A stretch of 34,269 nucleotides of DNA from an uncultured Dehalococcoidia bacterium (GCA_964590215.1 CAZPYZ010000001.1:1-34269), one strand, 5' to 3'; counted from the first letter of the stretch, positions 1-6,784 are shown. Made by a program: numbers and translations. The notes: generated from the letters alone by a model not told the origin.

Positions 1-209
1 ACCGCAAGGATCAGCAACTGGAGCCCGATGAAGAGCAGGGCCACGGTCAGTTCCCTGGATCCTGAACCGCCTGACATCCGGTGGGAACCTTGGTCGTTGC
101 CCTCGAAACGAACCGGCACCGCGGCTCCTACAAGACTTCTGAGCCTCAGGCAACGGCCTTCCAAACGTCTGACGTACCTCGGTCCATATCCGACGGTGTA
201 CGTGGCCAT
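1..209 (-). CDS. hypothetical protein (5' part only; runs off left edge of window)
   Basis: Minus-strand ATG at 209-207, preceded by AGGAG (216-220 on plus) with 6-nt spacing. The frame stays open to position 1 (MATYTVGYGPRYVRRLEG...LTVALLFIGLQLLILA). It is absent from the ORF track because it has no stop in the window. No recognisable family, and open frames are common at this GC. Confidence 0.35.
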   Translation of the reverse strand, partial: MATYTVGYGPRYVRRLEGRCLRLRSLVGAAVPVRFEGNDQGSHRMSGGSGSRELTVALLFIGLQLLILA

Positions 210-219
210 CCGAATCTCC

Positions 220-1188
220 TTAGCCAGCAGCTGCCAGAGCCGGACGCCCTGCTGGAGCCCTCTGCTTCAACTCGGTCGGGATCCGAATGACGGCGCCCTC
301 TCTTCGGGCAGACGTTTCGGGGTCTTCTAGATCTAGCGGAGGGAGCGCGGCCACGGACGCGTGAGCTGTGTCCCGCCGCTGGACCTCCAGCAGCCGGTCA
401 GGCAGGCCAAGGTAGCCGGCCGCACTTTGGACTACCCCAGCCTCGAAAAGGTCGTGGAACCAGCGCCGGCCGGCAGGGTCTCGGAACAGCAGGTGGTCCA
501 ATATCACCCGGCAACCCGAGACGCGCAGCAAGGCAGCGAGGTGAGCCCGGCACGTTTTGAGGCCCGCCGCAGTCACCGGAGCGTCCTGATGGCCCATCCG
601 GTAGGTCGCCGCCCCGCTGACGTACACCACCTCGGGGCTCTGTTGAAGAATCCAATTCACTGCGGCCGGAGAGAGGGGCCCTTGGGCATCAGAGCCGTGT
701 ACGAAGCAACGGTCTCCAGATCGGACCGCCACCGCCATCACGGTGCCGGAGCCTGAAGATGCCTCGGGAAAGGGAGGCGAGAAGGTGAGGGACACGTCCC
801 GCCAGTTCACGGTCCTCCCGCTAACTAGATCGAAGTTCCTGCCCGTCCGTTCGAGCCGTTGGAGCAGGTCCCGTGCGCGCAGCCTCTCGGCTGCATCGCT
901 CGGTTGTTTCAGGTAAACCGCAGCGGAGGAGAGGACATAGGGCAGCAGGTTCATGTGTTCATCCTGGTAACGGGTCACGACAACGGCATCCACCTGGCAC
1001 AGCGTACCGATGATGCAAGAGACGGCGTCTTCGTAGGCCTGGCGCTCCGCCGCTGTCGGCGGGAGGCCGTAGCGAAGGGGGGCCAGGGCAGCCCCCGGGT
1101 CAACCAGAACCCGAACACTTCCAGTGTCCACCAGCGTGGCCATGGAGCGTACGCCGAGAGATTCGGCGGCGAGTGGGATGATCTCCAT
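220..1188 (-). CDS. metallo-beta-lactamase-fold protein, COG2248/UPF0282-like, with degenerate HxHxDH motif
   Basis: 322-aa ORF. The N-terminus MEIIPLAAESLGVRSMATLVDTGSVRVLVDPGAALAPLRYGLPP matches the pattern I recall for the archaeal/bacterial UPF0282 MBL-fold family. The expected SHYHYDH position reads TRYQDEH. Confidence 0.6.
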   Translation of the reverse strand: MEIIPLAAESLGVRSMATLVDTGSVRVLVDPGAALAPLRYGLPPTAAERQAYEDAVSCIIGTLCQVDAVVVTRYQDEHMNLLPYVLSSAAVYLKQPSDAAERLRARDLLQRLERTGRNFDLVSGRTVNWRDVSLTFSPPFPEASSGSGTVMAVAVRSGDRCFVHGSDAQGPLSPAAVNWILQQSPEVVYVSGAATYRMGHQDAPVTAAGLKTCRAHLAALLRVSGCRVILDHLLFRDPAGRRWFHDLFEAGVVQSAAGYLGLPDRLLEVQRRDTAHASVAALPPLDLEDPETSARREGAVIRIPTELKQRAPAGRPALAAAG

Positions 1189-1280
1189 GGGCGCATCTCC
1201 TCGAATACATGTTCTAGTCTTGGGATCACATAGTAGAACGGGCTTTCTGATCTGTCAAGGGGGTCTTCTTGGTAACGGGC

Positions 1281-1307
1281 AAAAAAAGGCGGGGACACAG
1301 CCCCGCC
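1281..1307 (-). terminator. intrinsic terminator downstream of the glcG-like gene
   Basis: On the minus strand: GGCGGGG-ctgtgt-CCCCGCC followed by TTTTTTT. Plus-strand coordinates are A-run 1281-1287 and stems 1288-1294/1301-1307. It starts 23 nt after the stop at 1330. Confidence 0.8.
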
Positions 1308-1329
1308 CATTACCACACGGCAGGCTGGC

Positions 1330-1728
1330 TCAGGCCATGACGTCGGCGGCCGCCTTACAGCACTCGTCGTCTTGCTCGGGTGTGCCCCCACTAACACCGA
1401 CGGCACCGATCACCGCGACCTTCTCCTCGATGGGCAGGCCTCCCCCCACGGCCATGACCCGTCCTTGAGTTGAAGCTACTAGGCTGGTGAACCAACTCTC
1501 TTGGGCCATGGCGGTAAGCTGGCTGGTCGGCTGCTGGAACTGCGCGGCGGTGTAGGCCTTGTTGATAGCAACGTCCAGGCTCAAGGGGCGCGCCTTGTCC
1601 ATCCGCCCCACTGCAATCAGGCGACCACCCTCATCGACAACCGCGGCTGTAACCGCTATGCCGAGATCCTCCGCCTTGGCGTGGGCCGCCTCCACCATCT
1701 TCAGGGCTTTGTCCACCGGGATCGGCAT
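1330..1728 (-). CDS. GlcG/HbpS-like heme-binding protein (DUF336 family)
   Basis: This is the C-terminal 132 aa of the long minus ORF 1330..3315. It starts at ATG 1728-1726 with GGAGG upstream. Sequence is MPIPVDKALKMVEAAHAKAEDLGIAVTAAVVDEGGRLIAVGRMD...GGGLPI...IGAVGVSGGTPEQDDECC, typical of the family. The rest of the long ORF is antisense to amtB and is spurious. Confidence 0.8.
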   Translation of the reverse strand: MPIPVDKALKMVEAAHAKAEDLGIAVTAAVVDEGGRLIAVGRMDKARPLSLDVAINKAYTAAQFQQPTSQLTAMAQESWFTSLVASTQGRVMAVGGGLPIEEKVAVIGAVGVSGGTPEQDDECCKAAADVMA

Positions 1729-1856
1729 AGGAACCTCCTCCTCGCTGTCAGTTACGCACGGCTGCGAGTATAAGGCGCACCTGGGCATGGAGCAACGCGT
1801 CTTGCGTCGGGGCAGGTAGGCCGATAAGACGTTCGCGTCCTTCCAGGAGAGCGTCT

Positions 1857-1894
1857 GTAACGGAGCTGTAATCGAGGCGTAACAAGTTTGAAAC
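1857..1894 (+). promoter_or_regulatory. array of four pentamer direct repeats at 11-bp period (GTAAC-n6-GTAAT-n6-GTAAC-n6-GAAAC), candidate winged-helix regulator site upstream of amtB
   Basis: Read directly: GTAAC 1857-1861, GTAAT 1868-1872, GTAAC 1879-1883, GAAAC 1890-1894. The array ends 114 nt upstream of the amtB ATG. Confidence 0.5.
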
Positions 1895-2007
1895 AAACTC
1901 GCCTTACCTTTCGACATAAGGGCGCGGGCTGCCGTGCCCCAGTCTCTCAGTGCTCCCCGTAGCCTGAGCGCACCAAGGAGGCTCTCGGGGGAGGGAAAGG
2001 ATAGGAC

Positions 2008-3273
2008 ATGCCTGGGATCGACACGGGCGATACTGCATGGGTGTTGGCGTCTTCGGCTTTGGTCATGTTGATGACACCAGCGCTTGGGTTCTTTTATGGG
2101 GGGCTGGTTCGGGGGAAGAACGTCCTGGCCACCATCATGCAGAGCTTCTTCATCCTCGCGCTTATCAGCGTGCAGTGGGTGCTGTGGGGGTATAGCCTGG
2201 CCTTCGGGCCGGACATCGGTGGCGGTCTCATTGGAAGCCTGGAGTGGGTGGGCCTTGTCGGGGTTGGTGCAGAGCCCAACGCCGCGTATGCCGCCACGAT
2301 CCCCCACCAGGCCTTTGCCATCTTCCAGATGATGTTCGCGGTGATCACGCCTGCCCTCATTACCGGCGCCTTCGCCGAACGGAAACGGTTCAGGTCCTTT
2401 ATCCTCTTCACCCTGCTCTGGGCCACCCTGGTCTACGATCCCATTGCCCACTGGGTGTGGAGCTGCGGGGCGGTGGACGCAGCCGGCGTCTGCACCAGCC
2501 CCGGCTGGTTGCGGGCCCTTGGCGCGCTCGACTTCGCCGGCGGTACCGTGGTGCATATCAGTTCCGGTGTCTCCGCGCTGGTCGCCGCCTTCGTCCTGGG
2601 GCCCCGCCTGGGCTTTGGCCGGGAGGAGATGCAGTACGACGATGCCCGGATGGTAGTGCTGGGCGCGGCCCTTCTCTGGTTCGGGTGGTTCGGCTTCAAT
2701 GCTGGCAGCGCGGTGGCCTCCGGCGCGCTGGCCACCTCGGCTTTCCTGGTCACGAACACCGCCACCGGCATGGCGGCCCTCACCTGGATGACGGTGAGCT
2801 GGATCCACAAGGGGAGCCCGAGCGTCATCGGAGCTGCGGCGGGTGCCGTCGCCGGCCTGGTGGCTATCACCCCCGCGTCGGGCTTTGTCGACGCTCGTGC
2901 CGCGATTCTCATCGGCCTCGGCGCTGGGGTCTTTTGCTACCTCGGGGTGGAGCTGAAGAACCGGCTGCGAGTCGACGACGCTCTGGACGTCTGGGGCGTC
3001 CATGGGGTCGGCGGAACCTGGGGCGCTTTGGCGACCGGCCTGTTTGCCACCACCGCCGTTAACGCCGCCGGTGCGAACGGACTCTTCTTCGGCAATCCGG
3101 GCCAGTTCCTCATCCAGTTGCTGGCAGTGGCAGTGACCTGGGTCTATGCCGGCGTCATGACCTTCATCATCCTGAAAGTCGTGGAGGCTCTCATGGGTCT
3201 GCGGGTGCCCGAAGAGCAGGAGGTCACGGGCCTGGACATCGCTCAGCACGGCGAGCCAGCTTACCGGCTGTAG
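2008..3273 (+). CDS. amtB: ammonium transporter (Amt family)
   Basis: 421 aa. Contains DTAWVLASSALVMLMTPALGFFYGGLVR, FAGGTVVHISSG, LLWFGWFGFNAGS, DVWGVHGVGGTWGAL and GLDIAQHGE, all classic Amt motifs. SD GGGAGGGAAAGGA lies upstream. Confidence 0.95.
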   Translation: MPGIDTGDTAWVLASSALVMLMTPALGFFYGGLVRGKNVLATIMQSFFILALISVQWVLWGYSLAFGPDIGGGLIGSLEWVGLVGVGAEPNAAYAATIPHQAFAIFQMMFAVITPALITGAFAERKRFRSFILFTLLWATLVYDPIAHWVWSCGAVDAAGVCTSPGWLRALGALDFAGGTVVHISSGVSALVAAFVLGPRLGFGREEMQYDDARMVVLGAALLWFGWFGFNAGSAVASGALATSAFLVTNTATGMAALTWMTVSWIHKGSPSVIGAAAGAVAGLVAITPASGFVDARAAILIGLGAGVFCYLGVELKNRLRVDDALDVWGVHGVGGTWGALATGLFATTAVNAAGANGLFFGNPGQFLIQLLAVAVTWVYAGVMTFIILKVVEALMGLRVPEEQEVTGLDIAQHGEPAYRL

Positions 3274-3286
3274 CGGCCTCCAACAT

Positions 3287-3324
3287 TTAACATGCAGTTC
3301 ACTCACGCGTAACATGGTCGTAAC
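3287..3324 (+). promoter_or_regulatory. second array of four nTnAC pentamers at 11-bp period (TTAAC-n6-TTCAC-n6-GTAAC-n6-GTAAC)
   Basis: TTAAC 3287-3291, TTCAC 3298-3302, GTAAC 3309-3313, GTAAC 3320-3324. It begins 14 nt after the amtB stop and ends 56 nt upstream of the micro-ORF ATG at 3380. Period and orientation match the array at 1857-1894. Confidence 0.4.
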
Positions 3325-3379
3325 ATTCTGGCTTTAGCCTGACACTCAGTTAGTCTAAGAACTAATCAGGAGGAGCGTA

Positions 3380-3460
3380 ATGGATATCGGTCTCGTCGCT
3401 AGTCTGATTGCATTCGGTGGCCTGGTAGCCAGTTGGGTGACGCTTCCAGAGAAGCGCTAG
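3380..3460 (+). CDS. 26-aa hydrophobic micro-protein (single predicted TM helix), not in the ORF track
   Basis: The ATG at 3380 is preceded by AGGAGGAG (3368-3375). Translation is MDIGLVASLIAFGGLVASWVTLPEKR, with stop TAG at 3458-3460. An intrinsic terminator follows about 20 nt downstream. Confidence 0.55.
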   Translation: MDIGLVASLIAFGGLVASWVTLPEKR

Positions 3461-3481
3461 GTTCGTCAGCCGGAAACAGCC

Positions 3482-3510
3482 AGGCCCCTCCTAGTGAGGG
3501 GCCTGTTCTT
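3482..3510 (+). terminator. intrinsic terminator after the micro-ORF / amtB unit
   Basis: AGGCCCCTC (3482-3490), loop ctagt, GAGGGGCCT (3496-3504): a perfect 9-bp GC-rich stem, followed by GTTCTT. Confidence 0.7.
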
Positions 3511-3524
3511 ATGCCCAAAGGGCG

Positions 3525-3530
3525 TATAAT
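3525..3530 (+). promoter_or_regulatory. candidate -10 box (TATAAT) for the receiver-like gene / gap unit
   Basis: A perfect TATAAT at 3525-3530 sits 36 nt upstream of ATG 3566 and just after the terminator. I saw no convincing -35. Confidence 0.3.
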
Positions 3531-3565
3531 CAGCCCCGGTGATTTCGCTCCCAGGGGCATGTCGC

Positions 3566-3919
3566 ATGGTTGGGACCATCCTGGTCTACGCTGACGATCT
3601 GCTGAGCGGGGTTCAGGTCCGGGATACAGCAGAAAAGCTCGGCTACTCCGCCAGCACCGTGGCCTCCCTCGAGCCGCTCATCGATAAGCTGGCGTCCTCC
3701 CCCCAGATCCTCTTGGTGGACTTTGCAGCCCGCCCGGATTGGCCCGCCATCGTGGCGGCAGCCAGAGAGCAGGGCACGCCTCTCGTCGCCTTCGGCAATC
3801 ACATGGACCTGTCTAGCCGAGAACAAGCCCTTTCCGCAGGCGTCGATGCGGTCGTGGCCAGCTCACTAATAGCCACGGATCTTCGGGGAGTAATCAGGAA
3901 GTATGGCCGGGGGGAATGA
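3566..3919 (+). CDS. stand-alone CheY-like receiver-fold protein (atypical; no output domain)
   Basis: MVGTILVYADDLLSG...QILLVDFAARPDW...PLVAFGNH...GVDAVVASS shows the alternating beta/alpha pattern of a receiver domain. It has an acidic pair (DD) and a candidate acceptor Asp (LLVD), but I see no conserved Lys after beta5. I preferred ATG 3566 over GTG 3539 because AGGGG lies 8 nt upstream. Confidence 0.45.
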   Translation: MVGTILVYADDLLSGVQVRDTAEKLGYSASTVASLEPLIDKLASSPQILLVDFAARPDWPAIVAAAREQGTPLVAFGNHMDLSSREQALSAGVDAVVASSLIATDLRGVIRKYGRGE

Positions 3920-3955
3920 GGCGCCGGTCTCACTCCCCAGGCCAAGGAGGCCTTC

Positions 3956-4969
3956 ATGGCAACTCGGATCGGCATTAACGGCTTCGGCCGCATCGGCCGG
4001 CAGGTCCTGCGTAGCATCATGGAAAACCACCAGGATGCACTGGAGGTCGTGGCAGTTAATGACCTCACCGATACCCGCACCAACGCCCACCTCTTCAAGT
4101 ACGACTCGAGCTATGGCGCCTACCCGGGCACGGTGGAGGCCCGTGAGGATGGCATGACCATCGACCGCCAGATGATCAAGGTCTTCGCGCAGCGAGACCC
4201 AGCTCAGATCCCTTGGGGCGGCGTCGGCGCGGACATCGTCGTCGAGTCCACGGGTGTGTTCACTGATGCCAAAAAGGCGTCAGCGCACCTCCAGGGCGGC
4301 GCCCGCAAGGTCATCATCTCCGCTCCCGCGCGCAACGAGGACATCACTCTCGTACTGGGCGTAAACGAGGAGCGCTACGACCCCCGTAACCACCACGTCG
4401 TGTCCAACGCCTCCTGCACCACCAACTGCATCGCTCCCATTGTGAAAGTGCTCCATGACACCTTCCGGATGTCCAGGGGGTTAATGGCAACGGTGCACTC
4501 GTACACCAACGACCAGAGGATCCTGGATCAGTTTCACGAGGACCTGCGACGAGCCCGTTCCGCGGCGATGAGCATCATTCCCACCAGCACCGGCGCAGCC
4601 CGCGCCGTGACCCTGGTTATCCCGGAGCTGCAGGGCAAGATCCACGGCATCGCCTACCGGGTGCCCACCCCGACGGTTTCCGTAGTGGACTTCGTGGCGG
4701 ACGTGGAGCGGGACGTGGATATCGACGCGGTGAACGACGCCTATCGGGAAGCGGCGGCTAAGTCCTTGAAGAGCATCCTCGAGGTCTGTGAGGAGGAGTT
4801 GGTCAGTATGGACTTCAAGGGCAACCCCCACAGCGCCATCGTCGACTCGCCCAGCACCATGGTCGTCGACAAGCGCATGGTGAAGGTGGTCGGCTGGTAC
4901 GACAACGAATGGGGATACTCCTGCCGGGTAGGGGATCTGGCCGCGTTTATGGCGAAGCAGGGGTTTTAG
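3956..4969 (+). CDS. gap: type I glyceraldehyde-3-phosphate dehydrogenase
   Basis: 337 aa. Contains [20 protein letters not shown] and [18 protein letters not shown] lies upstream. Confidence 0.97.
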   Translation: MATRIGINGFGRIGRQVLRSIMENHQDALEVVAVNDLTDTRTNAHLFKYDSSYGAYPGTVEAREDGMTIDRQMIKVFAQRDPAQIPWGGVGADIVVESTGVFTDAKKASAHLQGGARKVIISAPARNEDITLVLGVNEERYDPRNHHVVSNASCTTNCIAPIVKVLHDTFRMSRGLMATVHSYTNDQRILDQFHEDLRRARSAAMSIIPTSTGAARAVTLVIPELQGKIHGIAYRVPTPTVSVVDFVADVERDVDIDAVNDAYREAAAKSLKSILEVCEEELVSMDFKGNPHSAIVDSPSTMVVDKRMVKVVGWYDNEWGYSCRVGDLAAFMAKQGF

Positions 4970-4977
4970 TGGCAGAC

Positions 4978-5259
4978 ATGGGTGAGGACGCCTGGGATGC
5001 GGATAGCCCCGACCCCTACGCCTTGGACTGGGACATCCGGCTGGAGGGGCGGGCATGGGGCCCCCAGAGCAGACAGCGGTACGACCGGACGCCGGAAAAG
5101 CTCGAAATGATCGAAGGCAAGTTGCTGTGGTCGGAGAAGGAGCGGATAGCGCTGCTGGGCTTGCTGCTGGAGAACGTGGGATTGAAGGCCGCGGTCAGGC
5201 TTGCCCCTGCCGAACGCTGGCGGGCCGCACTGGCCGCCGTAGAGCATGAGATCCGCTAG
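4978..5259 (+). CDS. hypothetical small protein (93 aa); intact member of a paralogous pair
   Basis: MGEDAWDADSPDPYALDWDIRLEG...TPEKLEMIEGKLLWSEKERIALLGLLLENVGLKAAVRLAPAERWRAALAAVEHEIR. A recognisable decayed paralogue at 5904-6165 supports that this is a real protein family. An alternative GTG start at 4969 overlaps the gap stop. Confidence 0.55.
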   Translation: MGEDAWDADSPDPYALDWDIRLEGRAWGPQSRQRYDRTPEKLEMIEGKLLWSEKERIALLGLLLENVGLKAAVRLAPAERWRAALAAVEHEIR

Positions 5260-5807
5260 GCGAAGAGGTCGCGGACCCGGCAGGCGAATCCGGGAAGGAG
5301 GGGCTCCCCCGTAAGGATTTCGTCTTCACGGAGCAGTTGGGGCTCCCTGCCACCTTCGTAACGCCGTACGGTGTGGGTCTGACAATACAGGACCCACACC
5401 TGCTGGGCCCCGGCGGCGAGCCACTCTTCCACTTTTTTCTGCACGTCTGAGGGGTGGTCATCGTGGGCGACCACTTCGACCGCTAGGTCCGGCGGGCCTT
5501 CGATGTAGCCACGGGGCAAGCGGCCGCCGGGTAAGCGGTCCTTGCTGATGACGGCGGCGTCGGGAGCTCGCACCGTGTCTGGACCGTGTTCAAGGAGGAA
5601 GCCTGTCTCGGCCCCCAGCACCTCCCAGATCCCGAGGGGCTCAGCATAATGCCCTAGCCTTAAGCCCGCTTTGTGGGAACTGCCTCCGTGCTCTCCTCCG
5701 CCTGGCGGCATCTTGACCAGCTTTCCTTTCACCAACTCATAGCGCCAGCCGTCATCGGGCATCCGCCGCAGCTCATCGGCCGTGACGAGCACTTTCTTTG
5801 TGGTCAC
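5256..5807 (-). CDS. Uma2 family (DUF820) PD-(D/E)xK putative endonuclease
   Basis: 183 aa with a GTG start. Contains YELVKGKLVKMPP near the N-terminus, VRAPDAAVIS, PDLAVEVV and EKVEEWLAAGAQQVWVL, the typical Uma2 arrangement. Confidence 0.85.
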   Translation of the reverse strand: MTTKKVLVTADELRRMPDDGWRYELVKGKLVKMPPGGGEHGGSSHKAGLRLGHYAEPLGIWEVLGAETGFLLEHGPDTVRAPDAAVISKDRLPGGRLPRGYIEGPPDLAVEVVAHDDHPSDVQKKVEEWLAAGAQQVWVLYCQTHTVRRYEGGREPQLLREDEILTGEPLLPGFACRVRDLFA

Positions 5808-5903
5808 TGTCCGTACCCCCTATGGTGACTCGATTCTAGCATGGGGCTCGGCTCGTCCATGCTTGACTAGCGACCCCGGCTGACAATAGGCTTAGCTCGC
5901 CAA

Positions 5904-6165
5904 ATGGAAGAGGCCATGATGGAACTGCGGCGACCCGAGAGCGTGGAAGAGGTATATGCGCGGGACTGGGAAATCAGCGTCTGGAGCTCGCACCGGAGAA
6001 GATGGAGCTCATCGATGAAAAACTCTTCTGGGGGACGATGCGGACCGGCTCTTGATGCTCGCCATGCTGTCGTAGAAAGTGGGGCTACACGCGGCGGTGC
6101 GGCTGGCGCCAGTGGAACTATGGCGGGCCGCGCTGCAGAATCTGGAGCGGGAACAGACCCACTGA
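5904..6165 (+). pseudogene. frameshifted, stop-interrupted paralogue of the 4978-5259 gene
   Basis: Homology to the intact copy can only be followed across three frames. Frame a (5904-5978) reads MEEAMMELRRPESVEEVYARDWEIS. Frame c (5981-6033) reads LELAPEKMELIDEKLFWG. Frame b (6034-6165) reads DDADRLLMLAMLS*KVGLHAAVRLAPVELWRAALQNLEREQTH*. Compare TPEKLEMIEGKLLWSEKERIALLGLLLENVGLKAAVRLAPAERWRAAL in the intact copy. The in-frame TAG is at 6073-6075. Confidence 0.6.
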
Positions 6166-6181
6166 GAGGAGCGCCAACTCT

Positions 6182-6784
6182 ATGGCTACCGTGAAATACA
6201 CCCTCGATGAGTTCGTCGAGGACCTGAAGGCCCTACGAGAGCGAGAGAGGGAGCTCGGCGCGTTCTTGAATGCGGGCTCGGATCTCCTGGAGCGGCTGGT
6301 GCAGCACCCGAATGCGATTCCGCAGCAGTTCCGGGTACCCGCCGGCGACCGGAACCATGGCACCTACGCGCTGTACCGGGAGAACCCTGGCGGTGAGGGG
6401 ATTCTCGTCACCGCGGTAGTATGGGGGCCAGGTGATTTCGCCGCCGCCCACGATCATCACACCTGGGGTCTCATCGGGGTCCTCCAAAACCAAATTGAAG
6501 AAACCCGTTACCGGCGTCTGGACGACCGCACGAAAGAGGACTGGGCCAAGCTCGAGCCGGACCGCGTGAGCTGCTACAAGCCCGGCGAGGTTACTGTCCT
6601 CACTCCCGACGTCGATGAGATCCATCGAATGGACAACCCCTCGGATGTCCCAACGGCGGAGATTCACGTCTACGGGCGGGACCTGCTCGGTTTAGACCGG
6701 TGCCGCTTCGATCTGGAGACGGGGAAGATTAGCCGCTTCGTGACCCAGCGCTACGATAATTGGCCGGTAGCTATTAGCGGTTAG
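6182..6784 (+). CDS. cupin-fold metalloprotein, cysteine-dioxygenase-type-I-like (COG5553-like)
   Basis: 200 aa. HDHHTWGLIGVL...E...IHRM...EIHVYG gives the His/His/His spacing of a double-stranded beta-helix metal site. SD GAGAGGAG lies upstream. Confidence 0.6.
   Translation: MATVKYTLDEFVEDLKALRERERELGAFLNAGSDLLERLVQHPNAIPQQFRVPAGDRNHGTYALYRENPGGEGILVTAVVWGPGDFAAAHDHHTWGLIGVLQNQIEETRYRRLDDRTKEDWAKLEPDRVSCYKPGEVTVLTPDVDEIHRMDNPSDVPTAEIHVYGRDLLGLDRCRFDLETGKISRFVTQRYDNWPVAISG

Noticed and set aside
1867-1884. Bacillus-type TnrA/GlnR palindrome (TGTNA-N7-TNACA) upstream of amtB
   Set aside because: The sequence is TGTAA-tcgaggcg-TAACA, an 8-nt spacer rather than 7. The half-sites are better explained as members of the 11-bp-phased direct-repeat array.
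1900-2007. Possible riboswitch (glutamine or c-di-AMP type) in the amtB 5' region
   Set aside because: I could not identify the conserved cores or pseudoknot-forming segments of those classes by eye. It would need a covariance-model scan, so I make no claim.
1729-3315. Upstream 529 aa of the 661-aa minus-strand ORF (1330..3315), lying antisense to amtB
   Set aside because: The sequence is low-complexity and Gly/Arg/Pro/Ala-rich, as is typical of shadow ORFs in high-GC DNA. It is fully overlapped by a clearly genuine Amt transporter gene. Only the last 132 aa, which have their own ATG and SD, form a recognisable protein (GlcG-like).
5904-6194. 96-aa ORF from the track taken as a single intact protein
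   Set aside because: Its similarity to the paralogue at 4978-5259 jumps between three frames. The single-frame translation after residue 25 or so (WSSHRRRWSSSMKNSSGGRCG...) is out-of-frame read-through. I therefore annotated it as a pseudogene.
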